From an uncultured Candidatus Saccharibacteria bacterium (lineage in GTDB: Bacteria; Patescibacteriota; JABMPQ01; JAQVVF01), in NCBI GenBank assembly GCA_964574655.1, contig CAZNOH010000001.1:265852-329851 (forward strand): a stretch of 64,000 nt of DNA. Reading direction: 5' to 3'. Position numbers and translations under genes: made by a program. Position 1 is the first letter of the stretch; each line of letters starts with the position of its first letter. A model generated the notes under the pieces. It made no database searches and was not told where the DNA came from. It saw only the letters and a list, made by a program, of their open reading frames with translations. Positions 46,374-56,205 of this stretch are shown one piece after another.

Positions 46374-46512
46374 ACTCGTTAAAAGCTTCTAAGGTCGCTT
46401 TTAACTTCTAAATAAATTCAAATGATAAAATTACAAATTCGACAAAGAGTTTTAAAGATTTTAATTTTGAGTTTATTTAGAATTTAGGATTTAGAGTTTT
46501 GAATTTAAGAAA
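46365..46512. repeat. Palindromic intergenic element, family 2 (fourth copy)
   Basis: ...TTCTAAATAAATTCAAATGA ... TTTGAGTTTATTTAGAATTTAGGATTTAGAG. Confidence 0.55.
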
Positions 46513-46514
46513 TT

Positions 46515-47225
46515 ATGCATAATATTTTAACGATTGCAAAAAAAGAGTTAAGATCATATTTTTTATCATCGATTGCTTATGTAGTATTTGCGATGTTTTT
46601 GCTTTTGGCAGGTTATTTTTTCACTGTAATTTTATTGTATACCCAAGAAGCTTCGTTAAAAGGCGTGGCATATAATATTGTAATTACTTTGTTATTCTTG
46701 ATTCCTTTATTGACGATGAGAACATTTGCTGAAGAAAGACGGCAAGGTACTTTGGAATTATTAATGACAAAGCCAGTTACTGATTTAGAAGTGGTGTTAG
46801 GCAAGTTTTTTGCTGTAACTGCGATGTATTTTATAATGCTTTTGTCAACTGTTGCATATGTATTTATTTTGATTAAATATGGAAATCCTGACATGGGTCC
46901 AATTTATTCTGCTTATATTGGATTGATTTTGGTTGGATTGTCTTTTATTGCTTTGGGTGTTTTTGTTTCAACTTTAACTGAAAATCAGATTGTGGCAGCA
47001 GTAATCGGTTTTGCTTTAATTCTATTGCTTTGGGTTTTGTCTTGGGCATCATCACAATTTACTGGCAATATGGCAGAAATAATTTCTTATTTGTCTTTAT
47101 CTGGGCATTACGATAATTTTGTAAAAGGCGTGATTGATCTAAAGGATGTAGTCTATTATTTGAGTTTTATTATATTTTGGCTATTTGTAACTGTAGAATC
47201 AGTTGGAATAAGAAGATGGAAATAA
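46515..47225 (+). CDS. ABC-2 family permease (GldF-like)
   Basis: Six predicted TM helices; follows the ABC-2 ATPase and precedes the GldG-like gene. Confidence 0.7.
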   Translation: MHNILTIAKKELRSYFLSSIAYVVFAMFLLLAGYFFTVILLYTQEASLKGVAYNIVITLLFLIPLLTMRTFAEERRQGTLELLMTKPVTDLEVVLGKFFAVTAMYFIMLLSTVAYVFILIKYGNPDMGPIYSAYIGLILVGLSFIALGVFVSTLTENQIVAAVIGFALILLLWVLSWASSQFTGNMAEIISYLSLSGHYDNFVKGVIDLKDVVYYLSFIIFWLFVTVESVGIRRWK

Positions 47226-47345
47226 AAGTCGCTAATATTTTGCTAATATTTGCGAATATTTTGCGAATAAAGTTAAAAATTATGACGGAAAATTAGTTTT
47301 TATTAGCAAATTATTAGCAAATATTTGCAAATGATTAGCGAGTAA
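47226..47345. repeat. Empty IR element related to the GxxExxY cassette ends (TTGCTAAT/GCGAATA tandem motifs in inverted orientation)
   Basis: Left arm CGCTAATATTTTGCTAATATTTGCGAATATTTTGCGAATAA, right arm TTATTAGCAAATTATTAGCAAATATTTGCAAATGATTAGCGAG; shares the CGCTAAT(C)ATTTGC core with 9729..9756. Confidence 0.45.
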
Positions 47346-47349
47346 TTAT

Positions 47350-48804
47350 ATGAAATTTGATAAGAAAAAAATTAGCGAGAAGATCAAGAGTGTGAGCAGG
47401 AAAGCTGGCAATATTTTAGGTGCAAGACAAGCAAAATTTGGCAGCAATGCTTTAGTATTAATTTTGGCTTTGTTAGGTATTTTGATTTTGATTAATTATA
47501 TTGTAAGAAAAGAATCTGGAACTTTGAGATATGACATGACAAAAAATAAACAATTCACTTTGTCTGATCAAACAAAAAAAGTTTTAAAAAGTTTGAAAGA
47601 TGATGTAAATATTACAATTTTTTATCAAACTGATAATCCTTCTCGCGCTCAATTGCAAAATTTGTTGGGTGAATATAAGGCAAAAAATTCTTATATCAAA
47701 TTTGAATTTGTTGATCCTGATAAAAGTCCAACTAAAGCTCGAGAATTTGGAATTACAAGATATGGCACAATAGTTTTTAAAAAAGGAGATAAAACGGAAC
47801 AAACAACGGGTTTTTCAGAAAGTGATATAACTTCTAGTATTTTGAAATTAAGCAAGGACGGTAAAAAGGTTATTTATTTTATAATTGGACATAAAGAAAA
47901 GGATCTTAGCCTAACTTCAGAAAAAGGTTACAGCAGTATTAAAAACACTTTAGAAAAAGAAGGTTTTGAGATAAAAAATTTAAATTTAACTACGAACAGC
48001 AAGGTTCCAGACGACGCTTCTGTTGTTATTTTGGCTGGACCGCAAAAAGCGCTTTTAGATAAAGAAAAAGAAATATTAAAGAAATATTTAGATGAAAGAG
48101 ATGGCAAGTTATTTGCCTTAATTGATCCAAGAAAAGAAATAAAAGAAGATGTAAAAATGTCTGATCTGTTGGATGATTATGGCATTACATTGACAGATGG
48201 CATGGTAATTGATCCGACTAAAGCATTTTTTGGCGATGTTGCAGCACCTGTTGTAGAAAAATGGGAAAGCCATCAAATTACAGAAGGCTTGTCTGCAGCT
48301 TTTTTTCCTGGCGTACAAATGGTTTCTAAAATAGATAAAGCTCCTGAGAGTATTTTAGTTAGTGATCTTGGAAAAACAAGCAATGATTCTTGGTTAGAAA
48401 CAACTTTGGATACAGAAAAGGTAAAATATGATTCTGCAACTGATAAAAAAGGTCCAATTTCAATTGGCAGTGCTTCTCATCAAACTAAAAAGGTAAAAGA
48501 AGGCGATCAAGAAGTTACAAAAGAAGGTTTAAGAATAGTTGTGCTTGGTGATTCTGATTTTGCAGTGAATGGTTATGAAACATTTTTAGGAAATCAAGAT
48601 TTATTTGTTAATTCAGTGCTTTGGCTAGCTTCGGAAGAAGAGTTAATTTCTATTCGTCCAAAGGAAGAAGATCAGAGAACTGTTGCGTTAACAGGAAGCC
48701 AGGGCAGAGTTATATTTTACGTAACTGTTGTAATTATGCCGTTAATGGCAATTGGATTAGGAATATATGTTTGGTCAAGAAGAAGAAAAACAAGACGACA
48801 ATAA
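47350..48804 (+). CDS. GldG-like ABC-transport auxiliary component
   Basis: N-terminal TM, large extracytoplasmic domain, C-terminal TM (VIMPLMAIGLGIYVWSRRRK); gene order ABC-ATPase, ABC-2 permease, GldG. Confidence 0.7.
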   Translation: MKFDKKKISEKIKSVSRKAGNILGARQAKFGSNALVLILALLGILILINYIVRKESGTLRYDMTKNKQFTLSDQTKKVLKSLKDDVNITIFYQTDNPSRAQLQNLLGEYKAKNSYIKFEFVDPDKSPTKAREFGITRYGTIVFKKGDKTEQTTGFSESDITSSILKLSKDGKKVIYFIIGHKEKDLSLTSEKGYSSIKNTLEKEGFEIKNLNLTTNSKVPDDASVVILAGPQKALLDKEKEILKKYLDERDGKLFALIDPRKEIKEDVKMSDLLDDYGITLTDGMVIDPTKAFFGDVAAPVVEKWESHQITEGLSAAFFPGVQMVSKIDKAPESILVSDLGKTSNDSWLETTLDTEKVKYDSATDKKGPISIGSASHQTKKVKEGDQEVTKEGLRIVVLGDSDFAVNGYETFLGNQDLFVNSVLWLASEEELISIRPKEEDQRTVALTGSQGRVIFYVTVVIMPLMAIGLGIYVWSRRRKTRRQ

Positions 48805-48832
48805 TTTGTAAATTATATTAAGTTATTTTAAT

Positions 48833-49405
48833 ATGAAAAAGTTTTGGGAAAAGATAATGAATTTTAAATTTAAAGGCGCGTTGTTTTTAACATTAATTTT
48901 TGTTTTATTGCTAATTTTTGTGTTGGTTTTTGAAAGAAACAGAGAAGTGAAGATTGATGAAGCAGGACAGGAAGTGTTTACAGTATGGGATGTTAAGAAA
49001 GATAATGTAAAGCAGATTACATTTAATAACAATGGTGAAAAGTTGGTACTTGATAAACAAGGCGATGGATCTTGGAAAGGAAAAAAACAGCCAAAAGATG
49101 AAAAGCAGAAAACTGAAGAATTCAAAGTAGATAGCACAAAGCTGGATTTAGTTTTAGATGAAATTATTAAAATTGAGGCAACTGAAAAAATTGAAAAATC
49201 AAATTTAAAAGATTATGGCCTAGAGAATCCAAAGCTTTCAGTAGCTTTTGTTTTAAAAGATGATAAGAAGAAAGAATTGTTTATCGGTGATAAGAATCCT
49301 GATGGTTCACAACTTTATGTGAAAGTTGATGGAGAAGATTATGTATTTTTAGCTCCAACTGCTTTGAAAGCAAAAATTCAGACTAAAGAAAGTGATTTGA
49401 AGTAA
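48833..49405 (+). CDS. DUF4340-like protein (commonly follows gldG)
   Basis: N-terminal TM anchor then a soluble domain; assignment rests on context and size only. Confidence 0.35.
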   Translation: MKKFWEKIMNFKFKGALFLTLIFVLLLIFVLVFERNREVKIDEAGQEVFTVWDVKKDNVKQITFNNNGEKLVLDKQGDGSWKGKKQPKDEKQKTEEFKVDSTKLDLVLDEIIKIEATEKIEKSNLKDYGLENPKLSVAFVLKDDKKKELFIGDKNPDGSQLYVKVDGEDYVFLAPTALKAKIQTKESDLK

Positions 49406-49444
49406 TCGAGAATTGGCACAAATTAATCACGAATTTCACAAATA

Positions 49445-49472
49445 CGGCGAAAGCCGTTTTTTTGATATAATA
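49445..49472 (+). terminator. Rho-independent terminator ACGGCGAAAGCCGT plus T-run (identical hairpin reused at 51250..51276)
   Basis: GNRA-like GAAA loop on a 5-bp GC stem followed by TTTTTTT. Confidence 0.6.
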
Positions 49473-49597
49473 AAGAATTATGTTATAATATTATTGTTTA
49501 TTTTAGGTCAGTAAAAATAGAAATTGATGAACAATTTTGTTAAGAGTTGTTTTATCGGTTTAAATAATTTTTAGATAATTAATTAAAATAAAAATAC

Positions 49598-51226
49598 ATG
49601 AAGACATTTATTAAAAAAACGAGCTTACTAATTTTAAGCTTTCTTGTTTTTTTGGCATTCTCTTTTACGATAATGCCACAAAGAAATGCGATGGCTGTTA
49701 GCTGGGAAATTCAGACAGTAGAGAGTGCTGGTACAACTGGATATTATTCATCTATTGCCATTGATTCTAACAACTTGCCGCATATTAGTTACTATGATTT
49801 GTCTAATACTAGATTGGAATATGCTTCATGGGATGGCACAACTTGGACAATTGAAACAGTTGATGACAGCGGAACTGTTGGTCTTTATTCTTCATTAGTT
49901 TTAGATTCCTCCAATAATCCGCATATCAGTTATTATGACAGCACAATTACAAATCTTGATTTGAAGTATGCATCAAAAAATGGTTCAACTTGGAATGTAG
50001 AAACTGTAACTAGCACTGGAAATGTCGGCCTTTATTCGTCGTTAGCTTTGGATTCATCTAATAATCCACATATTAGCTATTATAATGTAACAAATGGAGA
50101 TTTGAATTATGCAAGTTTTAATGGTTTAACTTGGACAATCCAGACAGTGGACAATTCTTCAATAATTATTGGCATGTATACAAGTTTGGCTTTGGATTCT
50201 TCTAATAATCCACACATCAGTTATTATGATTCCACAAATCAGGATTTGAAATATGCTTATTATAACGGTTCTGCTTGGTTAACTCAGACAATAGATAGTA
50301 CAGGCAATGTCGGTGATTACAGTTCAATTGCTTTGAATTCATCTAATAATCCGCGAATAAGCTATCATGATTGGAATAATATGGCTTTGAAGTATGCAAG
50401 CTATAATGGTTCTGCTTGGTCAGTTGAAATTGTTGACAGCGTGACTGCTGGAAATTTAGGACTGTATTCTTCATTAGCTTTAGGATCGACAGATATCCCG
50501 CAGATTGTTTATCTTGCGACTAATGGCCTCAAGTATGCTTATGATAATGGTTCTTCATGGCATACAGAATTTGTAGAAAATGGCAATGTTGGTTATTATA
50601 CTTCTTTAGCTTTGGATTCTTTAGATTATCCTCATGTGAGCTATCATGATCAAACAAATTTTGATTTGAAATATGCAACTAAGGTCCAAAGTCCGGAAGG
50701 AGTAGCGCAAGAAGAAGCTGAGGATTTATTGGAGGCTGGTGATGAAATTCCTTTAAATGAGCTTTTGGATGGGCAAATAATAAACGGTCAGGATTTGGAA
50801 ATATTTTTTATGGAATTGCCGGATGAGTTAATTAGCGGTGATTATTGGATTAGATGGAAAAGAGTAAAAAAATATCCGGTAAAATGGAATCAAAAAAAGC
50901 AAAAATCTTTAAAAAGATATTGGAAATTGACTACTAACTTGAATACTTATACAGGTCCGAAATTTAAAATCAGAGTAGCTTTCAAGTATAACAAAAAGTT
51001 ATTTAATTTATTGAATAAGAAAAATAGTTTTTTGACTAAAAAAGAATTAAAAAAAGAGCTGAAATTGAAATTTAAGAAAAAGAAGACAAGTCAAAAATGG
51101 CAAAAGATAAATAAAGGTTGGAAGAAAGCAAAGGTGATTCATAAAAAGAAAAATAAACGTTTTCTAGTCAAATATTTTAAGCAGTTCAAAAAGAACAAAT
51201 ATTTTTTCGGAATTGGACTGAAATAA
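49598..51226 (+). CDS. Secreted beta-propeller-like repeat protein with Lys-rich C-terminal domain
   Basis: Signal peptide; about 7 repeats of YSSLALDSSNNPHISYYD.TN.DLKYAS.NGS.W..ETVD..GNVG; K-rich ~120-aa tail ending VKYFKQFKKNKYFFGIGLK, homologous to the tail of ORF 4432..5694. Confidence 0.5.
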   Translation: MKTFIKKTSLLILSFLVFLAFSFTIMPQRNAMAVSWEIQTVESAGTTGYYSSIAIDSNNLPHISYYDLSNTRLEYASWDGTTWTIETVDDSGTVGLYSSLVLDSSNNPHISYYDSTITNLDLKYASKNGSTWNVETVTSTGNVGLYSSLALDSSNNPHISYYNVTNGDLNYASFNGLTWTIQTVDNSSIIIGMYTSLALDSSNNPHISYYDSTNQDLKYAYYNGSAWLTQTIDSTGNVGDYSSIALNSSNNPRISYHDWNNMALKYASYNGSAWSVEIVDSVTAGNLGLYSSLALGSTDIPQIVYLATNGLKYAYDNGSSWHTEFVENGNVGYYTSLALDSLDYPHVSYHDQTNFDLKYATKVQSPEGVAQEEAEDLLEAGDEIPLNELLDGQIINGQDLEIFFMELPDELISGDYWIRWKRVKKYPVKWNQKKQKSLKRYWKLTTNLNTYTGPKFKIRVAFKYNKKLFNLLNKKNSFLTKKELKKELKLKFKKKKTSQKWQKINKGWKKAKVIHKKKNKRFLVKYFKQFKKNKYFFGIGLK

Positions 51227-51249
51227 TCTAAAAGATGTTCTTAATAAAA

Positions 51250-51276
51250 CGGCGAAAGCCGTTTTTTATTTACAAA
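51250..51276 (+). terminator. Rho-independent terminator ACGGCGAAAGCCGT plus T-run
   Basis: Same hairpin as 49445..49472. Confidence 0.6.
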
Positions 51277-51286
51277 AAAACAGGAA

Positions 51287-52261
51287 TTAGATTCCTGTAG
51301 AGTTCAGATTGAGGTTTAACATAGGAACAGTTGGACCAATTGTGATTTTGATTATTCTTATTTCTTGCTGTTTATTTAAGAATACATCACCATCAACGTT
51401 TATGTCTTCATCAGTCTCTATGATCAAAGTTTTGGCATTAGTATTTACAACTTTGCCAGCTCTGTGATCTTTTTCTACTGATTTGCCCCAAAGATATTTA
51501 AAAACATGGCTGAGAAGTTCAGGCGCATTGAGAGCAAAGATACCAAGCAAGAATGATCCTTTCTGAATAGATCCTGATAATGGTTTGAAAGTTAGAACAA
51601 CATCTTTAATGTTAGCAGCAATTACTCCGGCAAACTTGGTTCTTTTGAAATGCTGATTGTCATAGGTCACCTTTGCTTCAGCGTAATGATGGATTTTGAA
51701 TTTACTAATAACTGTTCCAAGAATACAGCGGAAGATCAAGCAGATTGCAGCCCACAAACCTTTGCTTGTTTTTTCATAATATTTCAGATAATCGACAACA
51801 ACTCCGATTGCAAAGAAAAAGCCGTAATAAATTTTTCCAGCGTCATCAATTTTTACCAATTCTTTTTGATAAATCGGTGGATTGGGTTGTGATCTAATTT
51901 TCAAAACTGTTGCTAGATTTTCATGAGGTTCTTTTGTAAAGCCTAAAGCCTTTGCAACCATAGACATCGATCCTCCGCCAATATGAGCAACAATTGGTAA
52001 TTGTTGAGTTCGGTAAATTCTGATTGTTTCTTGAATAATATGGCGCAATGCTCCATCACCTCCGCAACAGCAAATATAACTGACTTTCATTTTTTGTAAT
52101 TTGCGGATGATGCTACGGACTTGTTCTGGATTTTGAGTGATGAAAACTTGGACATTTTCAAAACTTGTCGCAACTTTTTTTATTCTGTTGATGTATTTCA
52201 GGCCTTTTCTTCTAATTAGCATGGCATTCAGATTGATGATGACTGCAACGAGTGGTGGCAT
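51287..52261 (-). CDS. Diacylglycerol-kinase-catalytic-domain lipid kinase (YegS/BmrU family)
   Basis: PPLVAVIINLNA start, GGDGALRH (GGDGT-like) motif and DAGK_cat layout; the ORF-track start at 52297 is probably too long. Confidence 0.7.
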   Translation of the reverse strand: MPPLVAVIINLNAMLIRRKGLKYINRIKKVATSFENVQVFITQNPEQVRSIIRKLQKMKVSYICCCGGDGALRHIIQETIRIYRTQQLPIVAHIGGGSMSMVAKALGFTKEPHENLATVLKIRSQPNPPIYQKELVKIDDAGKIYYGFFFAIGVVVDYLKYYEKTSKGLWAAICLIFRCILGTVISKFKIHHYAEAKVTYDNQHFKRTKFAGVIAANIKDVVLTFKPLSGSIQKGSFLLGIFALNAPELLSHVFKYLWGKSVEKDHRAGKVVNTNAKTLIIETDEDINVDGDVFLNKQQEIRIIKITIGPTVPMLNLNLNSTGI

Positions 52262-52409
52262 TTTCTGACCTCCGCCCCTTTTTATTGTAAGGTGCAATTA
52301 GTTTAAATTAGCATAAAAATGAGTTATGCACAACAAAGTTATTGATGTTTGGTTTTTGTTCGGTTATAATAAATTTAGAAAGATAAAATAATTATTTAAA
52401 AATAAATTT

Positions 52410-53021
52410 ATGAAAAATTTAACGAAAAAGCAAAAAAAAATATTAGATTATTTGGCTGAATATGAACAGGATAATGGTTATATGCCAGCATATCAGGAGA
52501 TTGCAGAAGAAATGGGATTAAAATCAAAAGCAACAATTTGGGAGCATCTGAAAAATTTAAAAGATAAGGGCTATTTAGATTTTGTGAAGGGAGCTGCTCG
52601 GGCAATAAAATTAGACGAAAAATTCAGATTATTTGCGAAGGCAGTCAGTATTCCTTTAGTTGGTTTAATTGCAGCTGGTGAGCCAATAGAGGCCTTAGAA
52701 GATAGAGAAATGATGGATGTGCCAATTGGTTTTGTGAATGGCAAAAGAGTGGAAGATTGTTTTGCTCTGAAAGTCCGTGGCGATTCAATGATTGAAGATG
52801 GAATTTTAGATGGCGATTATGTGATGGTAGAAAAAAATTATTATCCAAATAATGGCGATGTAGTAGTAGCTTTATTGGGCAATGAATATGCAACATTGAA
52901 GAGGTATTATCGTGAAAAAAAGAGAATTAGATTACAGCCGGCTAATTCAACGATGAAGCCAATCTATGTAATGAATCCGGCGATACAAGGAGTCGTGCGA
53001 GCAGTGTTGAGAAAGTTTTAA
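52410..53021 (+). CDS. lexA: LexA repressor
   Basis: N-terminal winged HTH (YMPAYQEIAEEMGLKSKATIWEHLKNLKDKGYL), Ala-Gly cleavage site (LIAAGEPI), S24 peptidase Ser (VRGDSM) and Lys (TLKR). Confidence 0.85.
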   Translation: MKNLTKKQKKILDYLAEYEQDNGYMPAYQEIAEEMGLKSKATIWEHLKNLKDKGYLDFVKGAARAIKLDEKFRLFAKAVSIPLVGLIAAGEPIEALEDREMMDVPIGFVNGKRVEDCFALKVRGDSMIEDGILDGDYVMVEKNYYPNNGDVVVALLGNEYATLKRYYREKKRIRLQPANSTMKPIYVMNPAIQGVVRAVLRKF

Positions 53022-53057
53022 CAATTTATAAAAAATATTTTAATCTAAGTTATCCTT

Positions 53058-53303
53058 ATGTACGAACAAATTAATGATCCAATAGAGGTTTTAGCTGGTT
53101 TTAAAAGAGGACAGATAATTCCCTATCGTTTTAAGTGGGGAATACATCAATATGATGTGAAAAAGGTTAATCTTGTTCATGGCGAGATGCGAGGCAAAGA
53201 TATGTTATATTATTTTTCTGTTTCTGATGAGGCAAATTATTTCAAGCTTTGTTTTAATAGCGGAAAAATGGTTTGGAAATTGGAGGAGATGATGGAGAGT
53301 TAG
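53058..53303 (+). CDS. Hypothetical small protein (81 aa) between lexA and the radical-SAM gene
   Basis: ORF only; no motifs recognised. Confidence 0.35.
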   Translation: MYEQINDPIEVLAGFKRGQIIPYRFKWGIHQYDVKKVNLVHGEMRGKDMLYYFSVSDEANYFKLCFNSGKMVWKLEEMMES

Positions 53304-53419
53304 AAAATGCAAAAATTGGGATTGACTTGATCGATAAATTTGTTTATATTTAACGGCTGTTCTTTAAAATTTTTGGTAGCTGACTAATTCCAAGCAAACA
53401 AAGTCAGAGGAGGAGAAGA

Positions 53420-54643
53420 ATGCGAAGAAAGGCAATAGATTATTATGATACATTTGCCACTAATCGTGGATTGTTGAAAAAGCGGATTTTGCAAGTAACT
53501 GGACTTTCTGGCGTGAAAGAATTGCAAATAAGGATGGCAGAGCGTGTTAATAATAAATCTGTCGACGTGTTGGTTGAAAATACTTGTAGTCATAATTGTA
53601 TTGGTTGTCATTTTAGCGAAAATAAGGGTAGGGGACTTGTTTCTGTGAGTTCTGAATTAATAGATGATATCAGACATGCTGTTGATTTTGTACGATCAAC
53701 TAATCCTATGTATGTGACATTTTATCCTTGCGAGATTACAACTGCAATGGAATTATTGCCGATATATACTTATTTGGGCTCTGATAGAGTGCTTACCAAT
53801 GCTAAATTTCTTGATTGTGAAGGAGTAATTGAAAGATTAAAACGAGCTGGTATTAGGCAGATGAGTATAACTGTGCCTGGTGAGAAAGAAGCGTATGCTT
53901 TGTATACTGGCGAGAATCCTGATACATATGTTCATCTTTTATCAAACATATCGTTGGCTGTTGTGTCTGGATTTGATGTTAGTATTTTTATGCCGATGTT
54001 CAAAGGCAATCTTTATGATGTCCGATCTACTGTGGATGAGCTGTATAGGCGTGGTATTAGAGAGATAAAGTTTCTTCGACTTTTGCCTGTTGGCAAGGCT
54101 AAAGATCTGCCTGATGATATGTTTTTGACCAATGATGAAATTCTTTTATTTTTGCGGACAGTGAATCAGTTGAGACATGATTATCAGGGCAAGGGTTTGA
54201 GATTGGTGTTGTTTGGTGGTTATTTTGGTCCGAATTTTTATTCCAAAAATGTCTTTAAGTATTTACAAGGAGAAAATGTGCCAATAAGTAATTTCCGAAG
54301 TAGATATTTTTGTCCAGCTATTGGTCAGCAGTTTATTTGCCTATCGGTTGGAAGTAGAGAATTGTTTGGCTGTCATCAGGGAATGTCATTTCATGAATTT
54401 TGGATTGGGTCATTGAAGAATGATAGATTTTGTATTGATGCAAATCCATTTGTTTCTGATGATTTAAAAAATAATCTTCGTGGTTTATGTTCTTCTGATT
54501 CTTGTGAAGAGCAATCAATTTGCATGGGAGGATGCCGGATGGTTGCATTTTCTAATGCAAAAAGAAGAGGCGAGAATGATCCGCTTTGTGCTGGTCAGGA
54601 TTTCTGCATCACGCATTTTTTGAGGAGTGTTAGTTCTTTTTAG
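53420..54643 (+). CDS. Radical SAM enzyme with C-terminal SPASM/twitch-type auxiliary cluster domain
   Basis: CSHNCIGC (CxxxCxxC) near the N-terminus; C-terminal CSSDSCEEQSICMGGCRM...CAGQDFC Cys-rich SPASM-like pattern; GGAGGAG SD. Confidence 0.7.
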   Translation: MRRKAIDYYDTFATNRGLLKKRILQVTGLSGVKELQIRMAERVNNKSVDVLVENTCSHNCIGCHFSENKGRGLVSVSSELIDDIRHAVDFVRSTNPMYVTFYPCEITTAMELLPIYTYLGSDRVLTNAKFLDCEGVIERLKRAGIRQMSITVPGEKEAYALYTGENPDTYVHLLSNISLAVVSGFDVSIFMPMFKGNLYDVRSTVDELYRRGIREIKFLRLLPVGKAKDLPDDMFLTNDEILLFLRTVNQLRHDYQGKGLRLVLFGGYFGPNFYSKNVFKYLQGENVPISNFRSRYFCPAIGQQFICLSVGSRELFGCHQGMSFHEFWIGSLKNDRFCIDANPFVSDDLKNNLRGLCSSDSCEEQSICMGGCRMVAFSNAKRRGENDPLCAGQDFCITHFLRSVSSF

Positions 54644-54903
54644 ATAGCAAAAGCTATCTTTTTTTATGAATATTTTTGAATTTAGATTTTTGATTTTAAA
54701 ATTAAAAATTTGAATTCAAATTATGCAAAAACAAATTTTACATATTGACAAGGAAAAGTCAAAAATAAAAAGGTAAAAGTTCCAAGTAAAAAGTAAAAAT
54801 AGTTTAATTTCTAGTTTAAATAATAAAAAAAGACTGGAAATATTTTTTGTTTTTTTTACTTTTTATTTGTCGCTTTTTACTTTTTACTTTTTACTTTTGC
54901 CTT

Positions 54904-56205
54904 ATGATATTACATATTGATATGAATTCATATTTTGCTACTTGTGAATAACAGGCAAATCCTTTTTTGCGTGGAAAACCGGTGGCTATCGGAGGGGATC
55001 CAAGGTCGTTTCATAATGGTGAAATTTCGAGGAGCCGGACTTTGATTGTAGCTGCATCTAAAGAGGCAAAAAAAAGAGGTGTAAAATCTGTTATGCCGTC
55101 TTGGGAGGCAGTGAAAATTTGTCCGGAATTAATTTTTGTGCCTGGCGATCATATAAAATACAAATGGATTACTGACAAATTTTTAGAAATATTTAAATCA
55201 TATTCGCCTATTCTAGAAATTTTTAGTATTGATGAAGCTTTTTTAGAAATCGCGAATTTGCACGAATTAAGCACAAATATCACAGATGGTAGAAATTTTG
55301 ATAGAGCAATTAAGATTGCTAAAGAAATTAAGTTAAGATTGAAAAAGGAAGTTGGCGAGTGGATGACTTGTTCAATTGGAATCGCGGAAAATAAATTGTT
55401 GGCAAAGCTGGCTTCGGATTTAAAAAAACCAGATGGATTAGTTATAATTGATGAAAATAATAAAGAAAAGATTTTGGATTCTATTGAACTGACTGATTTT
55501 TGCGGGATTGGCAAAAGAATAGAGGCAAGATTAAATAGAATGGGAATTTTTACAGTAAAGCAATTAAAGAATTGTTCTTATATTAATTTAACGAAAGAAT
55601 TTAAATCTTACGGCCATAAATTATATTTAATGGCCAGAGGCGAAGATAACTCAGAAGTTGTTCCATATTATTTATTGCCAGATGAAAAATCAATGGGCCA
55701 TAATTTTACTTTGCCAAAAGATGTTTGGGATTTGAAAGAAATCAAATCAGTTATTTTGCAATTGTCAGAAAAACTAGGCAGGAGATTGAGACGGAAAAAT
55801 TTTGTTGCAAAATGTATGACATTATTATTGAGATATTCTTTTTATGAAAAAAATATTGGTTATGTGAGTTTTCATCATTTTCATAAACAAAAAAAAGTAA
55901 GTTATTGGATTAATGATGGTTATGAGATTTATAAAATTACAGAAAAAATTTTGCAAAGCTGGAAAGATAATCAATCTGTTAGAATGATTGGCGTTGCTGT
56001 TTCTTGTTTTTCTAAAATAAATCAAATTTCTTGTTTGGAAAAAGATAATAAGTCAAAAAGAATTTTAAAAGCTTCGGATAAGATAAATAATAAGTTTGGA
56101 GAAAATACTATTTTTAGAGGTGCATATTTAAAAGCTGGAAAGTCAAAAATTTTGATGCCGAAAGCATTAAAATCGCCAGTTAGTTTTATGAGAAGAAATG
56201 ATTAA
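54904..56205 (+). CDS. dinB: DNA polymerase IV (DinB, Y-family) with an in-frame TAA at codon 16 (54949-54951)
   Basis: [30 protein letters not shown]... aligns with the DinB N-terminus including the catalytic-Asp region; the ORF track only gives the TTG-initiated fragment 54967..56205; downstream IDEAF and SIGIAENKLLAKLAS motifs are present. Confidence 0.7.

Noticed and set aside
52262-52409. LexA operator in the lexA/dgk divergent promoter region (GTGCAATTAGTTTAAATTAGCAT)
   Set aside because: The candidate is not a true palindrome on inspection (TTTAAA centre with non-complementary flanks), and the LexA box of this lineage is unknown, so no regulatory site is called.
53304-53420. Tiny ORF MQKLGLT* (7 aa) between the 81-aa ORF and the radical-SAM gene, as a possible RiPP precursor
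   Set aside because: Too short, no Cys/Ser/Thr-rich core, and no SD; listed only as something to include in a proper precursor-peptide search.
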